56,746 nt of DNA, taken from NCBI GenBank assembly GCA_049587035.1, contig JBAVDD010000093.1, positions 1-56,746 on the forward strand, written 5' to 3'. The position numbers and the translations under genes are program-made. Shown one piece after another: positions 40,405 through 49,994 of this stretch (position 1 is the first letter of the stretch; each line of letters begins with the position of its first letter). The stretch is from Acidobacteriaceae bacterium (GTDB taxonomy: Bacteria; Acidobacteriota; Terriglobia; Terriglobales; Acidobacteriaceae). The notes beneath the pieces are model-generated. The model did no database searches. It worked only from the letters and a program-made list of their open reading frames with translations, and was not told where the DNA came from.

Positions 40405-41268
40405 ATGCATGAGGTGAATCCATCGCGGACCGCGTTGCGCGTGGCCCTGCGGCGGGCTGCGCATCAGCTTCACGACGCCAGGCCGCTGGTCTTCGACGAC
40501 CCCCTCGCTGTCCCCATCCTTGGCAAAGAATTCTACGAAGAAGTGAAGCGTACGCCAGACAGCACCAAGCGTCCTTTTTCGGCTGCTTTGCGTGCGTTCA
40601 TGGTGGTGCGAGCGCGGCTCGCAGAGGACACGCTGGCGGCGGGGGTGCGGGATCGCGGCGTTCGGCAATACCTCATCCTCGGCGCGGGACTGGACACCTT
40701 CGCCTGTCGCAATCCATACGACGGCCTCCGCGTCTTCGAGGTAGACCATCCTGCAACGCAATCCTGGAAGAAGCAGATGCTGGCGTCCGCCGGCATCACG
40801 CCGCCCGATACCGCCCACTTTGTAACCGTGGACTTCGAAAAGGATAGCCTGCACACCCGCCTCAAGTCCGCGGGCTTCGACGAGACGCTGCCCACGGTGA
40901 CCGCGTGGCTGGGCGTCGTTCCCTACCTCACTGAGGAAGCCTTCCGCGCGACGATGCGCCTGCTTGCGCGCTTCGCCCCCGGCAGCGAGGTGGTATTCGA
41001 CTACTCTCAACCACGCGAGGCCCTCCCGCCGGTCGAGCAGTTGATGCTTGATTCGCTCAGCGCCCGCGTAGCCCTCGCCGGTGAGCCCTTTCAGCTATTC
41101 TTCACCCCGCCGCAGCTAGCCGAAGAGCTTGAGTGGCTGGGCATGCGCGTGGTAGAGGACCTCGACGGCCCCACACTCACCGCACGCTACCTGGTCGCCC
41201 GCACAGACGGCCTCGCCCTGCGCGGCAAGGCGGGACGAATGTGCATAGCAGCATCCTTTCAAGTTTGA
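40405..41268 (+). CDS. Class I SAM-dependent methyltransferase (LCM-like)
   Basis: LGAGLDT, FEVDHPATQ, WLGVVPYL. Confidence 0.88.
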   Translation: MHEVNPSRTALRVALRRAAHQLHDARPLVFDDPLAVPILGKEFYEEVKRTPDSTKRPFSAALRAFMVVRARLAEDTLAAGVRDRGVRQYLILGAGLDTFACRNPYDGLRVFEVDHPATQSWKKQMLASAGITPPDTAHFVTVDFEKDSLHTRLKSAGFDETLPTVTAWLGVVPYLTEEAFRATMRLLARFAPGSEVVFDYSQPREALPPVEQLMLDSLSARVALAGEPFQLFFTPPQLAEELEWLGMRVVEDLDGPTLTARYLVARTDGLALRGKAGRMCIAASFQV

Positions 41269-41296
41269 GATTGAGGGAAGTGCGAGACTGGTAGAC

Positions 41297-42793
41297 GTGA
41301 TGACGTACGACGATGCATTGGAGCGGTTGGCAACCCTGGGACCGGAGCTGCACACGGCGCGCGCGGCGGATGGCACAGCTGGTTCCGCCGGCGCAGCGGC
41401 GATCGTGCGCAGAAAGTTCTCCCTCGACCACATTCGCGCCCTTCTGAAGACGCTCGGCGAACCGCAATGCAGCTTCGCCTCGGTGCTCATCGCGGGCACC
41501 AACGGCAAAGGCTCAACCGCCGCGACCCTCGCGTCGATCGCCAACGCAGCCGGTCTCATGACCGGCCTCTATACATCGCCGCACCTGCTTCGCGTCAACG
41601 AGCGCATCAAGATCTCTGGCCCTTCAGCCACCGGCGTGCCGCACCTGCTCAAGATTCCCGATGCAGAGTTCGGCCGTGTCTTCGGCCTCGTCGACACGGC
41701 AGCCGCGCGGCTGATCGCTCGCGACGAGCTCCCTCATTACCCCAGCTACTTCGAGCTCATGACCGCCATCGCCTTCACCTGGTTCGCCGAACAGGGCGTG
41801 GAGGTGGCCGTGCTCGAGGTGGGTCTCGGCGGCCGGCTTGACGCCACCAACTCCGTCGAGCCCCTCGTCAGCGTCATCACCGACATCGGCATCGACCACA
41901 CCGAATATCTCGGCAACACCATTCGCGAGATCGCTGAGGAGAAAGCCGGCATCCTTCGTCAGGACGGCGTCCTCGTCACGCTCTCACAACATCCTGAAGC
42001 CAACGCGGCCATCGGTGAGAAGGCCGTGCAGCTCAACGTCCGCGGTGTCGACGCTGCTCGCTGCCTTCCCCCGTCCAGAGACCACGCAACGCCGCCTGCA
42101 ACCGGCGCCAACTCTTCGCCACTGGCGCGCAATATCTACGACCTGGTGATCGATGGGAAGGTGCTGCATGTTGACTCGCCGCTGGCTGGTCAACACCAGC
42201 AGCGCAACGTAGCGCTCGCCCTCGCAACGGCCATCGAGCTGCGCACCAATCATCAACTCGTGGACGGTCGCCCCTTCGCCCTCTCGAACGCGGCAATTGA
42301 GCAGGGTGTGCGAGAAACCGAGTGGCCTGGGCGCCTGGAATGGATCAAGGGGTGGATCGGCCTGCGCGCGCCCCACGCGCCACTGCTGCTCGATGTCGCG
42401 CACAATCCCGCTGGCGCCTGGACCCTTCGCGCTGCACTCGCGCAACTGCCCGAGCATCTTCCGCGGACCCTCATCTTTGGCTGTCTCGCAGACAAGCAGA
42501 TCGACGAGATGGAACAGGTCCTCCTCCCGCTGTTCGACCCAACCTCCGGCGACCCGGCACGGTCCGGGGATCACGTGATTCTAGCGGCTGTGAACAATCC
42601 CCGTGCCGCAACAGTCGAGGATCTCGCCGCCGCTGCCTCCCGCATCGACGTTCCCGCCTACGCTGCAACCGATCTGCGCGATGCGCTGCGTTACGCAGAG
42701 TCGGTGACTCCGAGTGACGGCGTCATCGTTGCTACCGGCTCGGTTTTTCTGGTGGGAGAGATACGCGCACTTGCGTTAGGCGAAGCGCGGTAG
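41297..42793 (+). CDS. folC: Folylpolyglutamate/dihydrofolate synthase
   Basis: GTNGKGS, YTSPHL, EVGLGGRLDATN, WPGRLE, LDVAHNP, TGSVFLVG. Confidence 0.95.
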   Translation: MMTYDDALERLATLGPELHTARAADGTAGSAGAAAIVRRKFSLDHIRALLKTLGEPQCSFASVLIAGTNGKGSTAATLASIANAAGLMTGLYTSPHLLRVNERIKISGPSATGVPHLLKIPDAEFGRVFGLVDTAAARLIARDELPHYPSYFELMTAIAFTWFAEQGVEVAVLEVGLGGRLDATNSVEPLVSVITDIGIDHTEYLGNTIREIAEEKAGILRQDGVLVTLSQHPEANAAIGEKAVQLNVRGVDAARCLPPSRDHATPPATGANSSPLARNIYDLVIDGKVLHVDSPLAGQHQQRNVALALATAIELRTNHQLVDGRPFALSNAAIEQGVRETEWPGRLEWIKGWIGLRAPHAPLLLDVAHNPAGAWTLRAALAQLPEHLPRTLIFGCLADKQIDEMEQVLLPLFDPTSGDPARSGDHVILAAVNNPRAATVEDLAAAASRIDVPAYAATDLRDALRYAESVTPSDGVIVATGSVFLVGEIRALALGEAR

Positions 42794-42804
42794 CATGGGG
42801 TGAG

Positions 42805-43608
42805 ATGTCCGCCGCAAACGAGACCCTGAAGACGGAAGAGCCCACCCCGGCCGAACAGCCGGACGTGTTGCCGCCCGTCGTTTCCTGGCGGCGGCGCTGG
42901 GTCAACTACCTCGTCGTCATCCCGCTCCTGGCACTAGCCACCGGCGTCTTCGGCACCATTTCGCTGGCCTGCGGCATCTGGGACAAGAATGGCAGCCAGC
43001 AGCACGCCATCGCGCGCATGTGGGCGCGCACCCTGCTACGCATCGCCATGTCTCCCGTCGCGCTCGAGCACGCGGAACAGCTTCCTGCGCAACAAGCCGC
43101 CGTCTACGCCAGCAATCACCTCAGCTACTACGACACGCCGGTGCTGTTCGCCAAGCTGCCCTTCCAGTTTCGGATTCTCGCCAAAGCGCCGCTCTGGAAG
43201 ATCCCCTTCATCGGCTGGTACCTGCAGCGTTCCGGCCAGGTGCCCATCGACCAGAGTTCGGCGCGTGCCGGCGTCGTAAGCCTGGCTCGCGGCGCGCGCA
43301 TTCTCGAAGCCGGGATGCCGATGGTGATCTTTCCCGAAGGCGGTCGCGCCTTCAACGGCGAGTTGCAGCCGATGGTCGCTGGCGCCGCGTGGCTGGCCAT
43401 CAAGGCGCAAGTCCCGCTTGTCCCGCTCACCCTTGTCGGTACCTACGAACTGCTCCCCATCCACGTCTACGCCCTGAAGCCGCGTCCGCTGAAGCTGATC
43501 GTTGGCGAGCCAATCTCAACGGTGGGCATGTCGACGCGCGACGCCGAAGCGCTCACCGACCGCCTGCGCACGGTCATACACGAAACCTATATTCAGCATC
43601 ACGGCTAA
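42805..43608 (+). CDS. plsC: 1-acyl-sn-glycerol-3-phosphate acyltransferase
   Basis: NHLSYYD and IFPEGGR motifs. Confidence 0.88.
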   Translation: MSAANETLKTEEPTPAEQPDVLPPVVSWRRRWVNYLVVIPLLALATGVFGTISLACGIWDKNGSQQHAIARMWARTLLRIAMSPVALEHAEQLPAQQAAVYASNHLSYYDTPVLFAKLPFQFRILAKAPLWKIPFIGWYLQRSGQVPIDQSSARAGVVSLARGARILEAGMPMVIFPEGGRAFNGELQPMVAGAAWLAIKAQVPLVPLTLVGTYELLPIHVYALKPRPLKLIVGEPISTVGMSTRDAEALTDRLRTVIHETYIQHHG

Positions 43609-43652
43609 TGCGGCTCCGGATTTTGCTCCCGCGCGCAGGGTAAACTCAGTTT

Positions 43653-44252
43653 GTGATTGCGCATCTTCGCGGACAGATTCTCAGCAAGACTCCCAACGCC
43701 GTCGTCATCGACTGCAACGGCGTAGGCTACGAGCTCGCCATCTCCGTCACCACCTACACCGAGCTCGGTGACATCGGCGCCGAGGCCCGTCTCCACGTGC
43801 ATACCCACGTGCGCGAAGATGCACTGCAGCTCTTCGGTTTCGCCGAGCCCACCGAGAAGCGTCTCTTCGAGAAGCTGCTCACCATCTCCGGCATCGGCCC
43901 CAAGCTGGCCATCACTGTTCTCAGCGGCATCTCCGCCGACCGCCTTGTAGGCGCCATTCGCGGCGGCGATCACGCAACGCTGACCAGGATCCCCGGCATC
44001 GGCAAGAAGACCGCTGAGCGCGTAGTGCTCGAACTCAAGGACAAGCTCGACGACATGGCCGGCTTCACAACCGAAGGCGCAGCAGTACGACCATCCCTGG
44101 GCGCAACCGCCGAGGACGTACTAAGCGCCCTCGTAAACCTGGGCTACGCAAGACCCGCAGCGCAGAAGGCAGTCGAAACAGCCGCGAAGGACGCTGCAGT
44201 CTCCCCCGACTTCGAGCGTCTCTTCCGTGCCGCCATGGCTGCGATTCGCTAG
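43653..44252 (+). CDS. ruvA: Holliday junction branch migration protein RuvA
   Basis: MIAHLRG, GVGY, VRED, SGIGPKLA, PGIGKKTAER, ALVNLGY. Confidence 0.96.
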   Translation: MIAHLRGQILSKTPNAVVIDCNGVGYELAISVTTYTELGDIGAEARLHVHTHVREDALQLFGFAEPTEKRLFEKLLTISGIGPKLAITVLSGISADRLVGAIRGGDHATLTRIPGIGKKTAERVVLELKDKLDDMAGFTTEGAAVRPSLGATAEDVLSALVNLGYARPAAQKAVETAAKDAAVSPDFERLFRAAMAAIR

Positions 44253-44255
44253 TCC

Positions 44256-45263
44256 TTACGCCCTGCGGCGATACCGCACAGCAAACTCGTACCCATCATT
44301 CGGCGGGAAAAGCTCCGCAACCGCACGCAACCTTGCAGCCAGTGCCGCCGGCGTCAGCAGCGGATACTCGCGCTCCCGCAGTTCGCTGTAATCGAAGTCC
44401 AGCGCCAGCGACAGAAGATACATCGCCACTGCGTCGGAGAACGTCGCCTCAAGGTACACGCCGCGCTCTTTTTCGTTCACGCTCTTCGTCGCGTCAGACG
44501 ACACACTCACCTGCGCCAGCGTCCGTCCCTCCTGCGCACTCGCAAACGCACGCGGACGTGCCGAGAAGCCGGCTATCGACCCGCGGCGTCTGGACATGGG
44601 TGCCTCCGCCTCCGGCAACGCATTCGCAGCGCGGCCAAACGCCAGGTTGCGCGACTCCCATGCATCGATGCTTGTCTCGCCGCGCACCCCGCTCAGCGCC
44701 TGCTTCCACACCAGCTCTGCGAACGTCTCGGGAACTCCAGCCTGGTCCACAAACGCGTGCGCAACGTTGATAAAGAACTCGAAGCTCAGCGCAAACCGGT
44801 CGCCCATCAGCCGCGTCGAGATGAACACCCCGCGCTTGCCATGACCCAACTCCACATTCCGATGGCAGATCGCCGCGTCTGAAAACTCATCCGTATACGC
44901 GCTCGCAACCATGGTGGGCTGCACGGGGCTCTCGCTAATGTCCACGCTGTCCGGCGCATTCGAATTCCCAGGCGCCTCCTGATTCCCAGAAGCATCCGGA
45001 TTCTCGGAAGCCTCCCGCAGCGCCAGCGGAACAAAATAATACGTGTTGGCCTTCAGCGCCGCTGTAATAGCCCTCGGCACGGCCTCCAGCATGCGGTCCA
45101 GATCGAGATCGGCCAGCCCCGTCTCGCCAAACGTGGCAAAGCTCACACCATTAGGCGACTGCCGAACCTCAGTGTCGTGCGCGATCTGCGCGGCGTTCAC
45201 GAGGCGCGCGGCGCGCACCAGTTGCGGCGCTCGCGACGGGCCGGGCTGTACACTTTCTGCCAT
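44256..45263 (-). CDS. Hypothetical protein (335 aa)
   Basis: Long ORF filling the intergenic space, TAGAAT -10 before ATG; no family recognised. Confidence 0.75.
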   Translation of the reverse strand: MAESVQPGPSRAPQLVRAARLVNAAQIAHDTEVRQSPNGVSFATFGETGLADLDLDRMLEAVPRAITAALKANTYYFVPLALREASENPDASGNQEAPGNSNAPDSVDISESPVQPTMVASAYTDEFSDAAICHRNVELGHGKRGVFISTRLMGDRFALSFEFFINVAHAFVDQAGVPETFAELVWKQALSGVRGETSIDAWESRNLAFGRAANALPEAEAPMSRRRGSIAGFSARPRAFASAQEGRTLAQVSVSSDATKSVNEKERGVYLEATFSDAVAMYLLSLALDFDYSELREREYPLLTPAALAARLRAVAELFPPNDGYEFAVRYRRRA

Positions 45264-45282
45264 TGGATTATTCTAAATGAGT

Positions 45283-45594
45283 ATGGCTACTGCAAACGAT
45301 GTCGCTCGCGCACGCCGCGAAGGTGAACTATTCGGAATTCCATTGGGCGATCTGGGTTGGTTCCAGTCCCTGATGATGGGCGTTGCTACCGGCATGGCAG
45401 CCTTCTTCCTCACCACGTTTCTGGCCATCTTCGCCATGCTCGCCTACATGATGGCCACCGGCAAGCATCCGGACTTCGCCGAGACCTACCGCCTCGCAGG
45501 CTTTCCCGTCGGTGTCGTCGTCATGGTGTTGGCTCTAGCCTTCCTCGGCGTACAGTGGGCACGACGCATGATACGCAAGTCGCGCAAGGCCTAA
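45283..45594 (+). CDS. Small two-TM membrane protein
   Basis: Two hydrophobic helices, basic C-terminus; start 45277 or 45283. Confidence 0.75.
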   Translation: MATANDVARARREGELFGIPLGDLGWFQSLMMGVATGMAAFFLTTFLAIFAMLAYMMATGKHPDFAETYRLAGFPVGVVVMVLALAFLGVQWARRMIRKSRKA

Positions 45595-45787
45595 TCGCAA
45601 TTCCCGCCCGCAAGCCCCGCCGCAAGCCAAACCCAACCATCCAGGCCCTGGCGTCATAGCCTTTCCGACGCCGCACGGTCCCCCAAAATCAGCCCCCATG
45701 TCCCCACGCGGGAGCGTATGCTTACGCCATCCAGTTTCAATCCTTCTGCGTCAATCTCGCGCAGTCATCTCGCAAGGAGTCACTCTA

Positions 45788-47551
45788 ATGGCGACGTTCG
45801 CTCGTTCCGTTCTGCGTTGGAGCGCCTGTGCCGCTCTCACGGCAGCGTTCGTTTCTGCGGGTTGTATTCACGCAATCGCGCAAGATAAGTCTGTCCCTTC
45901 GTACGACGGTCCGCAGCCTGCGACCGAGACGATCGACCTCAACATGTATCAACGCATTCGCGACGAAGGCTTCCAGCACGGCAAGGTGATGCAGTTCGCC
46001 GAAGCTCTTGATGACGGTATTGGGCCGCGGCTCACCGGCTCACCCAACATGGCCAAGGCCAATGCCTGGACACGCGACACCCTCACCACCATCGGCCTCT
46101 CCAACGCACACCTCGAAGACTGGGGCGACTTCGGCATGGGCTGGTACCAGATCAACACCTGGGCGCGCATGGTCTCGCCCGATCCAGAGCCGCTGTGGAT
46201 GGAGGCCTCGCCGTGGTCGCCCGCAACAAAGGGTCCTGTCACCGGGGAGGTGGTCTATGTTCCTCTGACGGACGCTAGCGAACTCGATGCGCTGAAGGGC
46301 AAGCTGGCCGGCAAAATCGTCCTCCTTGGCTCCACGCGCCCAACGCCTGATCTCACCAAGCCCCTTTTCTTACGCTATACCGACGCTGAGTTGAAAGAGA
46401 TGGAAACCTCCGGCGCAGGCGCCCACACATTCGACCTCAGTAATCCCGAGTTTCGCGCGCGGATCGCTGCATACGTGAAGAGGGCGGATCTGCGTAAGCA
46501 AGCGCTCGCCATGATGGAAGGCGAACACGTGCTGGCCATCATCACCCCCAGCCGCGATGGCGCCAATGGCGGCGGAACCGGCATGATCTTCGATGACAAC
46601 GGCGCAGACCTTGCCCGCGATGCGCAGAAGCCCGAGAACGCCGTCAAGATTCCCAACGCCGTCATGATGATCGAGCACTACAACCGCCTCGCCCGCATGG
46701 TCGAGCATCACGTGCCCGTCACCGTCGAAGTCAACATCGAAACCAAGTTCACCGGCGACCACCAGCACGGCTTCAACACGATCGCAGAGATTCCCGGCAC
46801 CGATCCCGAACTCAAAGATCAGGTCGTCATGGTCGGCGGTCACCTCGATAGCTGGATTGCGGCAACTGGAGCGACCGACAACGGCGCGGGCGCGGTCGTA
46901 GCAATGGAGGCTATGCGCATTCTGAAGTCGCTTGACGTTCATCCGCGGCGAACCATTCGCATCGCGCTGTGGTCGGGCGAGGAAGAAGGCGAGTATGGCT
47001 CCGAAGGATACGTCGCGCATCACTTCGGCACATTTGCTCAACCCACACCGCCCGATCCTCCAGGGACGATGTTCTTCATGCACCACCACGGCGCACTCTC
47101 TACCACGCCCGAGTGGAGCACTCTCGACGCCTACTACAACCTCGACAACGGCGCAGGAAAGATTCGCGGGATCTATGCGCAGTCAAACATTGCGATTGGA
47201 CCGATCTTCAAGCAGTGGATCGCGCCGCTGGCTGACCTCGGTGTAGCGACGGTAACGGAGCGGAACACCGGAAGCACGGATCACGAATCCTTCGACGCGG
47301 TGGGTCTGCCAGGCTTCGAGTTCCTCCAGGACCCGCTCTCCTACGACACCCGCTCGCACCACTCCAACATGGATACCGTCGATCGCTTACATAAAGCCGA
47401 CCTCGAACAAGCAGCCGTCGTCGAGGCCATCTTCCTCTGGAACACCAGCCAGCGCGACGCGATGATGCCGCGCAAGCCGTTCCCACACCCCGAGCTAGAT
47501 AAGCAGCTCAACGCACCACTCAAGGGCATCTACCCCAACGCAACGGAGTAG
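45788..47551 (+). CDS. Secreted M28-family metallopeptidase (carboxypeptidase Q-like)
   Basis: GPRLTGSP, GHLDSW, GATDNGAG, WSGEE, STDH; AAGGAG SD. Confidence 0.9.
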   Translation: MATFARSVLRWSACAALTAAFVSAGCIHAIAQDKSVPSYDGPQPATETIDLNMYQRIRDEGFQHGKVMQFAEALDDGIGPRLTGSPNMAKANAWTRDTLTTIGLSNAHLEDWGDFGMGWYQINTWARMVSPDPEPLWMEASPWSPATKGPVTGEVVYVPLTDASELDALKGKLAGKIVLLGSTRPTPDLTKPLFLRYTDAELKEMETSGAGAHTFDLSNPEFRARIAAYVKRADLRKQALAMMEGEHVLAIITPSRDGANGGGTGMIFDDNGADLARDAQKPENAVKIPNAVMMIEHYNRLARMVEHHVPVTVEVNIETKFTGDHQHGFNTIAEIPGTDPELKDQVVMVGGHLDSWIAATGATDNGAGAVVAMEAMRILKSLDVHPRRTIRIALWSGEEEGEYGSEGYVAHHFGTFAQPTPPDPPGTMFFMHHHGALSTTPEWSTLDAYYNLDNGAGKIRGIYAQSNIAIGPIFKQWIAPLADLGVATVTERNTGSTDHESFDAVGLPGFEFLQDPLSYDTRSHHSNMDTVDRLHKADLEQAAVVEAIFLWNTSQRDAMMPRKPFPHPELDKQLNAPLKGIYPNATE

Positions 47552-47572
47552 ATTCTCAGGCAGATCAAACCC

Positions 47573-47605
47573 AGCGGCGAGGACCAACGTCTTCGCCGCT
47601 TTTTT
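47573..47605 (+). terminator. Intrinsic terminator
   Basis: AGCGGCGAGGAC-CAAC-GTCTTCGCCGCT + T run. Confidence 0.85.
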
Positions 47606-47639
47606 GTGACCGCCGCAGCTTGCGTAACATCGAAGAGTC

Positions 47640-48362
47640 ATGCCGACTCACTTCGATCCCGAAGCAATGAAGTTCCTCCGCGGCCTCGCGCGCAACAACG
47701 ACCGCGAATGGTTTGAGGCCCGCCGCGCACTCTACGAGCGCTCACTCAAAGCGCCCATGCTCGCACTCATCGATGAGATCAACAGCGCCATGCTGGAGTT
47801 CGCGCCCGACCACGTCCGCCCGCCGAACAAGATCGCCATGCGCATCTATCGCGACATCCGTTTCAGCAAGAACAAGCAGCCGTACAAAACGCACCTTGCC
47901 GCGTGGTGGGCGCGTCGCGGCATGGAGAAGACCTCTGGCGGCGGCTTCTACCTTCAGATCAGCCCGCAGCAGATTGTGGTCGCTTGCGGCGTCTACATGC
48001 CGGAGCGCGAACAGCTGCTCACGCTGCGACGCTGGATGAGCGCCAACCACAAGAGCTACCGCGCCACCGTCAACAAGCTTCTGAAGGTCCGCAACGCAGG
48101 CTTTGAGCTGAGCGACGCAGAAGCCCTCACCCGCATGCCTAAAGGGTTTGCAGCCGACGACCCTGCCGACGAACTGGTCCGCGCCAAGAGCTGGGGCGTG
48201 CGCGCAACACTGCCTGCGGAGCTCGCGCTGGAGTCCACGCTTGCGCGCGAGATCGTACGACGTTTTCGCATGGTCACACCGCTCGTCGACACATTAAATT
48301 CCGCGATCCTTCATCGCGATGAGCCCACTGTCACACGCGCGAACATGTCGCACTTTTTCTAA
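47640..48362 (+). CDS. DUF2461-family protein
   Basis: NNDREWF, RIYRDIRFSKNKQPYK. Confidence 0.88.
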   Translation: MPTHFDPEAMKFLRGLARNNDREWFEARRALYERSLKAPMLALIDEINSAMLEFAPDHVRPPNKIAMRIYRDIRFSKNKQPYKTHLAAWWARRGMEKTSGGGFYLQISPQQIVVACGVYMPEREQLLTLRRWMSANHKSYRATVNKLLKVRNAGFELSDAEALTRMPKGFAADDPADELVRAKSWGVRATLPAELALESTLAREIVRRFRMVTPLVDTLNSAILHRDEPTVTRANMSHFF

Positions 48363-48489
48363 ACCACATTGGCGCGAATCCACCAGAAATGGGCCCATAA
48401 GGGAACAATTTCGCCAAACACCTGCAAATATCTGTGGAAATGGGAGAATTGTCGTTGACAAAGCGCTCAGGAAGGTTGAAGGTGAACAT

Positions 48490-48655
48490 CGGCGCGGTTC
48501 TCCGCACCCGCATGAACACTGGCGTTTGCCCGCCTCGTAAAAGCTTCCATCTGTTCGCTGGGAGACATAACGAGAGGCTGCCAGAGGCAGGTCGCGGATA
48601 CGGAGGATGAGCCCGGGTTCATGCTCCGTCCGCTTTACCTATTTCTTTATTTATT
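48490..48655 (+). ncRNA. Candidate structured 5' leader (or sRNA) upstream of hup
   Basis: TTGACA at 48455; nested stems forming a rod, with an alternative terminator-like hairpin at 48594-48633 + U-rich tail. Confidence 0.4.
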
Positions 48656-48673
48656 GAACGAAGGAGAAACAAT

Positions 48674-48970
<297 letters not shown>

Positions 48971-49024
48971 ACAGGGGCCTTGCAACGCGAGCCCCGGCAT
49001 TCGGGCCTTGTGGAGGCTAGTGAG

Positions 49025-49076
49025 AAGGGCCGGAGATTCGACGCTCGATGCGTCGGCTCTCCGGCCCTTTTTATTT
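49025..49076. terminator. Intrinsic terminator after hup
   Basis: AAGGGCCGGAGA...TCTCCGGCCCTT + TTTATTT. Confidence 0.85.
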
Positions 49077-49103
49077 CTACCTCTGCGGCTGATCAGTTGC
49101 GCT

Positions 49104-49862
49104 CTACGCCACCGCTGCCGCATCCTGCGGCGCGCGCGGCATAAACGCCCGCACCACCAGCCACAGTCCCACCGAGATGATCAGTCCCTGGCGCAGCGGC
49201 TGGGCATTGAAGTTCCATCCAAACCCCGCCAGCACCACAAACACAGACACGAAGTAGATCTCGCCAAGGAGTGCCTGCACCCACCGCGGACTCGCACCCG
49301 CAGCTGCAATCTGCGCCGTAGGAGCCGGCAGAAACCGCGGCACCGCTGCCTTGTAGTCGAGATACGGCTGCCCAAACCGAGCCGCAAGAAACGGCTCCTC
49401 CGCCAGCGCCAGCCGCATCTGGAAGATCCACAACAACACCACCGCGAACACCGCGCCGCTCGGCGGCATGAGAATCGTAACGCCGATGGTGTGCAGCAGC
49501 GTGCCGAGGTACAGCGGATTGCGCGTGCGACGATAAGGCCCATCCGCCAGCATCACCTCTCCATGCATCGTCGGCGACTTCACAACACCAGCCCCCACAT
49601 ACGCCGAGCCCCAAACCCGCAGCCAGGCTCCCAGCCCCGTCAGCACCAGCGCAATCACCAGCAGCGTAACCGTAGCCGCATCGAACCCCAACCAACCTCG
49701 CCGCGTAAGCAGCGCCGACAGCACCAGCCACGTCGAGCTGGTAGTAAACCCCGGCACGCCCGCGATCGACTTCAGAAACAGCCAGGGCGCCGTGAACCCA
49801 AGAATATAAATTACCGCATGGATCGCCATACGGTACCGGAACTCAAATCGCGTAGCCTGCAT
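49104..49862 (-). CDS. Isoprenylcysteine carboxylmethyltransferase/PEMT-like membrane methyltransferase
   Basis: DGPYRRTRNPLYLG, EEPFL, YKAAVPRF. Confidence 0.85.
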   Translation of the reverse strand: MQATRFEFRYRMAIHAVIYILGFTAPWLFLKSIAGVPGFTTSSTWLVLSALLTRRGWLGFDAATVTLLVIALVLTGLGAWLRVWGSAYVGAGVVKSPTMHGEVMLADGPYRRTRNPLYLGTLLHTIGVTILMPPSGAVFAVVLLWIFQMRLALAEEPFLAARFGQPYLDYKAAVPRFLPAPTAQIAAAGASPRWVQALLGEIYFVSVFVVLAGFGWNFNAQPLRQGLIISVGLWLVVRAFMPRAPQDAAAVA

Positions 49863-49994
49863 TAAAACGGTTCTCCATCCCATCCGATTCTACCGGCTCC
49901 CCTGCATCCCCACTCGCCACTAGTTTACGCACCGATCCGATGGCTACAAACGGTGTCAACCAAAGGCTTGCAAAGAGGTAGATTCTCGCCGCTG

